The position numbers and the translations under genes were made by a program. The notes under the pieces are model-generated. The model worked only from the letters and a program-made list of their open reading frames with translations, was not told where the DNA came from and searched no databases. A stretch of DNA of 64,000 nt, taken from positions 7,175 to 71,174 of the forward strand of contig JAFVSI010000015.1 of NCBI GenBank assembly GCA_017503865.1. The letters run 5' to 3'. The number at the start of each line of letters is the position of its first letter. The stretch's first letter is position 1. This document shows, one piece after another, positions 56,946 through 64,000 of this stretch. This DNA is from Clostridia bacterium (lineage in GTDB: Bacteria > Bacillota > Clostridia > Oscillospirales > CAG-272).

Positions 56946-57926
56946 TCAAAGCAATTTCTTGCGAAGCTCTTCACCACTCATCTGTGAGAGATATGCGGGA
57001 GCTACGTCAAGGACAGTCTTGCAGCCCTTTTGACCTTCCTTGTTCATTCTATATGCCGCACGTGCATATGCAACGAGGACGGACGAGGTAAACTCGGGGT
57101 TAGAGTCAAGCTTCAAGCTGTACTCGATAACGTGTTTATGCTCTTTGTTAAAGCCCGTCACACCGCTTCTTATCACAACGCCGCCGTGAGGAATGCCCGA
57201 ATGGTCACGGCGAAGCTCATCAAGAGAAATGAAATGAACAGTAGTATCGTAATCGGCAAAGTAGTTAGGCATCGTCTTTATCTCGTTCTCAATTCTTGCA
57301 AGATCTGCACCCTCTTCTGCAACAACGAAACACTCTCTTGTATGTTTCTCTCTTGCACTAAGCGTAGGAGCGTCACCGCTTCTAACTGCCTCAAGTGCCT
57401 TTTCTACGGGAATGGTATATTGTCTTGCATCAACAACGCCCTCTATTCTTCTGATAGCGTCGGAATGTCCCTGACTTACACCCTTACCCCAAAAAGTATA
57501 GTCGTTTCCTTCGGGGAGAATTGCTCCCGCGTACATTCTGTTAAGTGAGAACATACCGGGGTCCCAACCAACAGAAATAATAGCTACCTTTCCGCTCTCA
57601 CCTGCCGCCTTGTCAACGTTTGCAAAATGCTCGGGTATTCTTGCGTGGGTATCAAAGCTATCAATTACGTTAAAATATTTTACGTACTCGGGCGTCTGAA
57701 CAGGCAGGTCGGTCGCACTGCCACCGCAAATAATAAGAACGTCTATCATATCGGTAAGATTTTTAATATCGTCAATATGGTAAACACCAACGCCCTCGGT
57801 GGCGATCTTCAAGCTTTCGGGAGGTCTTCTTGTAACAACTGCAACAAGCTCCATGTCGCTGTTTTGTCTTATAGCAGCCTCAACGCCACGTCCGAGATTT
57901 CCATAACCTAAAATTCCTACTCGCAT
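56946..57926 (-). CDS. ddh: meso-Diaminopimelate D-dehydrogenase
   Basis: 326 aa, colinear with Corynebacterium Ddh: GYGNLGR, GWDPGMFS, WG.G.SQGHSDA.RR, MPNYF, PHGG. Confidence 0.92.
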   Translation of the reverse strand: MRVGILGYGNLGRGVEAAIRQNSDMELVAVVTRRPPESLKIATEGVGVYHIDDIKNLTDMIDVLIICGGSATDLPVQTPEYVKYFNVIDSFDTHARIPEHFANVDKAAGESGKVAIISVGWDPGMFSLNRMYAGAILPEGNDYTFWGKGVSQGHSDAIRRIEGVVDARQYTIPVEKALEAVRSGDAPTLSAREKHTRECFVVAEEGADLARIENEIKTMPNYFADYDTTVHFISLDELRRDHSGIPHGGVVIRSGVTGFNKEHKHVIEYSLKLDSNPEFTSSVLVAYARAAYRMNKEGQKGCKTVLDVAPAYLSQMSGEELRKKLL

Positions 57927-58162
57927 ACAAAATTCTCCTTGTTAGAACACTAAAACTAATAGAATAATTATATTACAAATCTTTTTCAATGTCAACCGAT
58001 TCAAGCCTATAAATATATAAAAACAAAGATTTTTTCCAATTTCATTCGGTATATTTTGTTTTTCTCGATTTAAAATAATTACATATGTTAAGAAACGTTA
58101 ATAATTTTCTCAGCAAAATATTAAGATTTTGGTTATATTATTTTTTTACTTAGGGGGAGCTT

Positions 58163-59296
58163 ATGAAAGAGAGATCAAAAAAACTTATTGATATTATTTT
58201 TTGCATTATATTGTTGATCTTTTCACTGTCGCTAATGTTTTCTTTGTTATTTTCAAAAGAAAAGAGCTTTTCAGAAAAGGAAAACCGAGTATTAAAAACA
58301 AGACCAAGCGTTAAGATAGATAGAATTTTAGACGGACGGTTTTTTAGTGAATTCTCAAAATACTGTGCCGATCAGTTCCCCCTCAGAGAATTTTTCACAG
58401 GCATTTCAAGCTTTATCGACCTCTCTCTCGGCAGAATAGAAGCAAACGGAATAATTGTCATTAACAACAAAGTGCTAATCCCACGCAACGACTATAGCAA
58501 TAACCAAATTCTTCACGACAATTTAAAGGCAATAGCAACTTTCATAGAGAGCAACAAATCAAACGGTCTTCCCTCGTATATTGTCGTTGCTCCTCGCAGC
58601 CTTGACGTTAACAAAGAAAAGCTACCAATCTGTTTTTCAAACGATTATGGCACAGCCGAATATGATGCATTATACAATACAATTAAAAAACAAAATCTTA
58701 TTGACACACTACCTTGTCTGACAAAAAATGTAAAAGAAAAAAACTTCTATAACACCGATCATCACTGGACTACACACGGTGCGTATATTGCATATCTTGA
58801 AATTACAAATAGGCTTGGTATAGAGCCATATCCAATCGATTTTTTCAATGTTGATATTGTTAGCACCGACTTTCTCGGCACGTCATTTTCAAGATCGGGA
58901 TTGTACTCTTTTGATGATAAGGATACTATTGTGCTATACCGATATAAGAATGACGATAAAATAATTATAACAAGAAACGGCAAAGAAAGACCGCTATACG
59001 ATTTTTCTGCACTCGAACACAGTGATAAATATAGAATCTTTCTCGGCGGAAACACCGATATTTTAGAAATTCGCAATCAAGAAGCGAAGCCTAAGCTACT
59101 CATCATAAAGGATAGCTTTGCAAACTCTGTCATTCCGTTTCTTACCCTGCATTTTGATATTGATGTAATAGATTTGAGATATTATAAAAATTCGCTCTCA
59201 AGTTATATTTCAAGTAATGACTTTGAAGCTGTTTTGCTTTTGTTCGGGATTGATACCCTCGCAACCGAGACTTCCTGCATCAACATAAGAAAATAA
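58163..59296 (+). CDS. DHHW family protein (AlgX/AlgJ-like SGNH O-acyltransferase fold), membrane anchored
   Basis: N-terminal TM helix. Eponymous motif NTDHHWTTHGAY. Confidence 0.85.
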   Translation: MKERSKKLIDIIFCIILLIFSLSLMFSLLFSKEKSFSEKENRVLKTRPSVKIDRILDGRFFSEFSKYCADQFPLREFFTGISSFIDLSLGRIEANGIIVINNKVLIPRNDYSNNQILHDNLKAIATFIESNKSNGLPSYIVVAPRSLDVNKEKLPICFSNDYGTAEYDALYNTIKKQNLIDTLPCLTKNVKEKNFYNTDHHWTTHGAYIAYLEITNRLGIEPYPIDFFNVDIVSTDFLGTSFSRSGLYSFDDKDTIVLYRYKNDDKIIITRNGKERPLYDFSALEHSDKYRIFLGGNTDILEIRNQEAKPKLLIIKDSFANSVIPFLTLHFDIDVIDLRYYKNSLSSYISSNDFEAVLLLFGIDTLATETSCINIRK

Positions 59297-59367
59297 ATGT
59301 AAATTTACTTGTAAATATAAAGATTTCGTGATATACTATAAGCAATATTTTTTGTGTGGATATTTTT

Positions 59368-59994
59368 ATGATTAAAGTTGTATTTGAAAATTCAAATTTT
59401 ATAGTTTGCGAAAAAGAGGCGGGGCTTATCAGTGAATTTTCCCCTACCTCTCCAATTTCATTGCCTTCCTTACTTTGCAAGCAGCTGTCCTTGGGTGAGC
59501 TTTTTACAGTTCACAGGCTTGACAAAGAGGTTTCGGGGCTGATTGTTTACGCCAAAAACGCACAAACGGCAGCAGCAATTTCACGACAGATAAGCGAGGG
59601 GCTTTTTCAGAAAGAATACCTCGCAATAGTTTCGGGAAAACTAAGCTCAACCTCCGGCAAGCTTTGCGACCTATTATATCACGACAAGCAAAAAAACAAG
59701 ACCTACGTTGTAAAAAAGAAAAGAGCCGGTGTTAAAGAAGCCGTCCTTGAATACAGTGTAGTCGATTACGATGCGGTAAACGATACGTCAAAGCTAAAGA
59801 TAAAGTTGCTGACAGGTAGAACTCATCAAATACGCGTTCAATTTGCCTCACGGGGACACTCGATTTTAGGCGACCGCAAATACGGTTCTCCGCTAAACGT
59901 TAAGCCTATCCGTCTTCATTCGCACTCAATTTCGTTTTTCGATTCGGACAATAAAGAAAACGTCTCCTTCACTTCTCTGCCAAGCTGGTTTTAA
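59368..59994 (+). CDS. RluA-family pseudouridine synthase (no S4 domain)
   Basis: Catalytic HRLDKEVSGLIVYAKN and GRTHQIRVQ motifs. ATG 59368 preferred; GTG 59356 possible. Confidence 0.88.
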   Translation: MIKVVFENSNFIVCEKEAGLISEFSPTSPISLPSLLCKQLSLGELFTVHRLDKEVSGLIVYAKNAQTAAAISRQISEGLFQKEYLAIVSGKLSSTSGKLCDLLYHDKQKNKTYVVKKKRAGVKEAVLEYSVVDYDAVNDTSKLKIKLLTGRTHQIRVQFASRGHSILGDRKYGSPLNVKPIRLHSHSISFFDSDNKENVSFTSLPSWF

Positions 59995-60064
59995 TGCTTT
60001 AGTTGACTTTTACGGCAATTCATGATAGAATATTCAATACGTTTTATCTATTACTGAGGTACAT

Positions 60065-61303
60065 ATGAAAAAAAGCAAGTATATGCAAAACAATGCAATA
60101 AACGTTTTTTTCTGGGCAACGCTTGGCGGTGCTTTTATTGCTATGCTTTGTATACTTGCTCTTTATTTTTTTGACAGCCGTTTTTTTGACGGACAGCTTG
60201 CCGTTTTCTCAGATTTTGTCGAAATAATGAACGTTTCAATTGAAGATAGCCCGTATCTTTTAGAAGGCTCGTCTTACCCACCGTTTGCAATAATTATACT
60301 ATACCCCTTCGCTCTCATTTGCAAAAACGTTTTCTCTTCTTTAGCAGGACAAACTCTTAGCGTAAACGAGCTTACTTTAAAGCTTTTAGACACGTATCAG
60401 TTTTGGATATCGATTTGCCTGTTCTTCATCATTTGTACGACTATAATCATTTGCTTGGTGTCAAAAAAATATGAGCTTAGAGGCTCAAATCTTTTTAAGG
60501 TTTCATCAATAATCGTGCTGTCTGCTCCCTTTATTTATACGGTAGCACGTGGAAATTCCATTTTAATTGCACTCATATTCGTAATGCTGTTCTTGCTTTT
60601 TAAGGACAACAAAAAACCTATTTTGCGTGAACTATCCTATGTTTGCCTTGCCATCTCAGGCTGCCTTAAGATTTATCCCCTTTTCTTTGGAGTTTTTCTC
60701 TTAAAGGATAAAAAAGTTTTAGCTTCACTTAGAGTTGCGGCATACTTCTTCATAATTTTCTTTGCCTCATTCTTCTTCTTTGCGGGAGATCTTAACGATT
60801 GGACGGAATTTACTGAGAATCTCGGTGGATTTATGTCAAACGAGACACGTCTTACAGGCTTCAATAATCTCTCAATAAGTGCCTTGATTTTTAAAGTAAT
60901 TCACGTCTTTGCACCAAATTTAACAGCCGAAAGTACTGTGTTTTCAGTTTTGAATATCATCATTATTGCTCTTATCTTCCTTTTGAGTACAGTTGCGGCA
61001 GTGGCAACAAAAAATGATTTTTCAAGATTACTTATTTGCTCAGCAATCGTTGTCCTGATACCGTCAATATCTTATTTCTACGTTATAATATTTACCCTTT
61101 TGCCCTTCCTTGAGCTACTAATAAAAGGTAACAAAGAAAAAAAGTATTACTATTCTTTTCTCTTTCTCTATATAAGCTTATTTGTAATACCAATCTTTTT
61201 CATTCCTCATTCAATTATAATCATAGCACTTTTGATTTTTGAAGTTCTCAAAGTATTAAAAAACGAAGTTTTTATTAAAGGCAAAAATACGGCTAAGTTA
61301 TGA
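60065..61303 (+). CDS. Polytopic GT-C-like membrane protein (DUF2029 / GT87-like)
   Basis: 412 aa, more than 10 TM. First loop has acidic residues and a SSYPPFA motif reminiscent of DUF2029 glycosyltransferases. Confidence 0.5.
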   Translation: MKKSKYMQNNAINVFFWATLGGAFIAMLCILALYFFDSRFFDGQLAVFSDFVEIMNVSIEDSPYLLEGSSYPPFAIIILYPFALICKNVFSSLAGQTLSVNELTLKLLDTYQFWISICLFFIICTTIIICLVSKKYELRGSNLFKVSSIIVLSAPFIYTVARGNSILIALIFVMLFLLFKDNKKPILRELSYVCLAISGCLKIYPLFFGVFLLKDKKVLASLRVAAYFFIIFFASFFFFAGDLNDWTEFTENLGGFMSNETRLTGFNNLSISALIFKVIHVFAPNLTAESTVFSVLNIIIIALIFLLSTVAAVATKNDFSRLLICSAIVVLIPSISYFYVIIFTLLPFLELLIKGNKEKKYYYSFLFLYISLFVIPIFFIPHSIIIIALLIFEVLKVLKNEVFIKGKNTAKL

Positions 61304-62184
61304 AAAAACATATAAGTAAGATTTTATTTATTTCATCAATGGCAATATTCGGTACCATTGCCATATTCGTAAAAAACATCCCTATTCCATCGGGAGAAAT
61401 AGCCCTATATAGAGCTATACTTGCTTCAATTCTTATTACAGTCTTTCTCTTAATCAGAAAAAAGCCTATTCATTTAAGGGAATTTAAAAAATCTGTGCCG
61501 ATCCTCTTGGTTTCTGGTGCGGCAATGGGTTTCAATTGGATATTTTTATTTGAAGCATATAATTATACAAGTGTTTCCACAGCTACATTAAGCTATTATT
61601 TTGCCCCAATTCTCGTAACTGTTGTCTCACCTATTCTTTTTAAAGAAAGGCTCACTATAAAGCAGATAATTTGCTTTATAATGTCAACACTCGGTATAGT
61701 TCTTATCACCGACCTTGCCGACTTACATTCAGAGTCAACCAGCCTTTTGGGAATAGGTCTTGGACTTACGGCTGCCGTCTTATATGCAACTGTCATAGTA
61801 CTAAACAAATTTCTCAAAGAAATTGACGGCATCACAAGAACACTGCTCCAGTTTTTGTCCGCAATATGTGTTCTTATCCCTTACGTGCTTTTAACAGGCG
61901 GTCTAAATCTTAATCTGCTTACTCCAATTAGCATTGGAGCACTTATTACGGTAGGACTTATTCACACAGGCATTACTTACTGTATCTATTTTTCAACAAT
62001 GAAGGACCTTGACGGACAATCAGTGGCAATTTTAAGCTACATAGACCCATTGGTTGCGATATTTGTTTCAGTGTTTGTTCTCGGCGAAACAATGAGCATA
62101 TTGCAAATTGCGGGTGCCGTTTTAATACTCGGCTTTACCTTGCTAAATGAAATTCCCATTTCATTGCCACAAAAGAATAAATAA
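61300..62184 (+). CDS. DMT superfamily (EamA) transporter
   Basis: 294 aa, 10 TM in two 5-TM halves. ATGA overlap with the upstream gene. Confidence 0.85.
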   Translation: MKKHISKILFISSMAIFGTIAIFVKNIPIPSGEIALYRAILASILITVFLLIRKKPIHLREFKKSVPILLVSGAAMGFNWIFLFEAYNYTSVSTATLSYYFAPILVTVVSPILFKERLTIKQIICFIMSTLGIVLITDLADLHSESTSLLGIGLGLTAAVLYATVIVLNKFLKEIDGITRTLLQFLSAICVLIPYVLLTGGLNLNLLTPISIGALITVGLIHTGITYCIYFSTMKDLDGQSVAILSYIDPLVAIFVSVFVLGETMSILQIAGAVLILGFTLLNEIPISLPQKNK

Positions 62185-62217
62185 AAAGAAGCGGTACAAA
62201 AAGTACCGCTTCTTTTT
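62183..62217. terminator. Bidirectional terminator between the EamA gene and nrdR
   Basis: 15-bp stem aaaaagaagcggtac / gtaccgcttcttttt. Confidence 0.85.
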
Positions 62218-62662
62218 ATTTATCGGATTGTAATCTTTTAAGCTCTGCAAGGAAAGTTTCGAGGTCTTTGAACTCTCTGTATACAGACGCAAATCTAACG
62301 TAGGCAACCTCGTCAAGCTTTTTAAGCTTTTCCATAACAAGCTCACCAATCTCTTTTGTTGTGATCTCGTTGGAAAGCGAATTCTGAAGCTCGTTTTCGA
62401 TCTCGTTTACGATCATCTCAGCATTGACAGGTCTTTTTTGACAAGCCTTAAGAAGACCTACAAGAAGCTTGTTTCTGTCAAAAAGCTCTTTACTTCCGTC
62501 TTTTTTAATTACAAAAATTTGAACTGCCTCAAGCATTTCAAAGGTTGTAAAACGCTTCTGGCAAGAAAGGCACTCTCTACGCCTCTTTATACTGTTACCC
62601 TCGTTAGCAGGGCGTGAATCAATAACTTTACTATCGTGGAAACCGCAAATGGGACATTTCAT
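62216..62662 (-). CDS. nrdR: Transcriptional repressor NrdR
   Basis: [18 protein letters not shown] zinc ribbon, [19 protein letters not shown]-cone. The true start is ATG 62662; the ORF-track extension to 62854 is AT-rich. Confidence 0.95.
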   Translation of the reverse strand: MKCPICGFHDSKVIDSRPANEGNSIKRRRECLSCQKRFTTFEMLEAVQIFVIKKDGSKELFDRNKLLVGLLKACQKRPVNAEMIVNEIENELQNSLSNEITTKEIGELVMEKLKKLDEVAYVRFASVYREFKDLETFLAELKRLQSDK

Positions 62663-62695
62663 AATTAAAAAGAGTCCTTTCGAAAAATTTTCTTT

Positions 62696-62724
62696 ATTAT
62701 AGCATAAAATTACGGAAATGTAAA
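62696..62724 (-). promoter_or_regulatory. Promoter of nrdR
   Basis: Minus strand TTTACA (62719..62724), 17-nt spacer, TATAAT (62696..62701). Confidence 0.5.
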
Positions 62725-62868
62725 GAAAAAAATCTAAATAATGTAATATTTTTTGTATTTTAACACAATTTATTGATTTTTTAACAAAAATTACACTATC
62801 TATTATACTTGAAGAACGAAAAAGTTTATGATAAAATATTTTCAGAATATACAAAAGGAGATAACTTA

Positions 62869-63117
62869 ATGAAAAATATTATATTAAACATCTCCGTTAC
62901 GTCATCAAGAATACTGCTTGTCGGCTTCCCCGTTATGTTTTTATGCTTTCTTTATCTTATATTATCATTTACAACGCAAGACTCCGTCTCAAACACTGTA
63001 CTTTTACATACATACACACCTCAACTTGAGCATTTTATGATGAGTCTTACTATTATAATTACTGGAGCCTTGTTATTTGACATAACCGAAAAGGAATATA
63101 AACTAATTAAAAAATAA
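62869..63117 (+). CDS. Small two-TM membrane protein, hypothetical
   Basis: 82 aa from ATG 62869, with an AAAGGAGA RBS 7 nt upstream. Two hydrophobic helices. Followed directly by a terminator. Confidence 0.55.
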   Translation: MKNIILNISVTSSRILLVGFPVMFLCFLYLILSFTTQDSVSNTVLLHTYTPQLEHFMMSLTIIITGALLFDITEKEYKLIKK

Positions 63118-63143
63118 AGGGTTGCATTTGCAACCCTTTATTC
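63116..63143. terminator. Bidirectional terminator
   Basis: aaagggttgca / tgcaacccttt stem, ttt loop. Confidence 0.85.
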
Positions 63144-64000
63144 TTAGAGCTTCTCGGGATATTTTCCTTCATCATGCATTTTCTTAAGCTCACCTGCAAC
63201 GAGAGCCTTATCCTCTTTGTATGTTACTCCAAACCAAACGGAATCGGTCGAAAGGACTGAAACCTCAAGCTCTCCTGCTTGAATAAGAGTATCAACCATA
63301 GTAGGAAGTGCACACTCCTTCTTGAGCTCACCTTCAGGAAGCTCCTTGAGGAAGCTTTCAAAATAATCCTTAGCAAAATCAAAGAACTCGGGAAGGAAGC
63401 CCCAAAGGTTCATAGAAACGAGTGAATCGGATGCAAGAACACCCTCAACCTTATCGCTAATTACGTCATTTTCGTCAATGGTAATATCGTAATGCTCCTT
63501 AACGGTAGAAAGCTTACCGTCAGACACCTTACAAACTCCACGCGATACCGAGCCATTACGGCTAACCGTATTCTTAAGCTTATATGCAACCATAGTTGCT
63601 TCACCCGACTTAAGAGCGTTGAGCTTATGATAAAGCTCATCAAACGCCTCAGAACCGTAGTAATCGTCAGCGTTTATAACTGCAAAAGGCCCGTCAACAA
63701 CGTCCTTTGCACAAAGAACTGCGTGAGTCGTGCCAAAAGGTTTCGTTCTCTCTGCTGGAATCTTATAAAACGCAGGAACAGATGAATAATCCTGATATGC
63801 GAAAGCTATCTCAGCTCCCTTAATATTCTTGCAGAAATTCTCGATAACAGGACGGTGCTCAGGCTTGATGATAAATACAACTTTATCAAATCCAGCACGA
63901 ATAGCATCGTAGATAGAGTACTGCATAAGTATCTCTCCGTTAGGACCAATGCCGTCAACCTGTTTGTTTCCACCGTATCTCGAACCGAGACCTGCTGCCA
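63144..64000 (-). CDS. Sugar-phosphate nucleotidyltransferase family protein (5' end beyond window)
   Basis: The frame stays open upstream of Met 63926. The region 63927..64000 encodes AAGLGSRYGGNKQVDGIGPNGEIL, the G-rich NTP-binding loop, so the gene starts outside the window. Confidence 0.8.
   Translation of the reverse strand, partial: AAGLGSRYGGNKQVDGIGPNGEILMQYSIYDAIRAGFDKVVFIIKPEHRPVIENFCKNIKGAEIAFAYQDYSSVPAFYKIPAERTKPFGTTHAVLCAKDVVDGPFAVINADDYYGSEAFDELYHKLNALKSGEATMVAYKLKNTVSRNGSVSRGVCKVSDGKLSTVKEHYDITIDENDVISDKVEGVLASDSLVSMNLWGFLPEFFDFAKDYFESFLKELPEGELKKECALPTMVDTLIQAGELEVSVLSTDSVWFGVTYKEDKALVAGELKKMHDEGKYPEKL

Noticed and set aside
57927-58162. Possible lysine riboswitch upstream of ddh (also checked upstream of hom, and an FMN riboswitch upstream of ribF)
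   Set aside because: The regions are short, extremely AT-rich, and lack the conserved GC-rich helices and core motifs of L-box or FMN elements as I recall them.
62663-62854. 64-aa N-terminal extension of nrdR
   Set aside because: NrdR proteins begin with MxCPxC. The extension is AT-rich promoter DNA containing TTTACA-17-TATAAT.

Overview
A 64-kb chromosomal segment from a low-GC, endospore-forming Firmicute, Clostridia-like (sigG, spoIIP and gpr are present). It is densely coding and mostly core metabolism. By eye I found no rRNA, tRNA, CRISPR array, IS element or prophage. Left to right: (1) the end of an F-type ATP synthase operon (atpA partial, atpG, atpD, and a short atpC). (2) An rnfCDGEAB operon with its own consensus promoter, followed directly by a NusG-domain-II protein, a Gx transporter, a tandem FMN_bind-like lipoprotein and an ApbE flavin transferase. 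(3) A minus-strand 2-oxoacid dehydrogenase operon: E2, E3, fused E1 alpha/beta, lplA. (4) Two unknown membrane proteins translationally coupled to a membrane-anchored M20 peptidase. (5) wecB. (6) A tandem DUF1538 membrane protein coupled to a tandem PII-like protein. (7) Hemolysin-III, an NhaC antiporter behind a structured leader, and galE-galM. (8) A Crp-family regulator with a NitT/TauT-like ABC importer. (9) sigG, an XRE-S24 repressor, spoIIP-gpr and an orphan OppA-like binding protein. (10) Small genes, hom and eno. (11) An arginine operon argG-argH-argF-carA-carB with an ARG-box operator. (12) ribF, a LicC-like/aminotransferase fusion, ddh, envelope genes, nrdR and a partial nucleotidyltransferase. 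The most unusual observations: CarA has substitutions at all three glutaminase triad positions. CarB is fused in frame to a complete DapF epimerase. The Rnf operon carries an appended flavinylation module whose lipoprotein has non-canonical GCT motifs. The DUF1538 and PII-like partners are both duplicated. All coordinates and motifs were read from the sequence; functions are family-level inferences, with no database search run.
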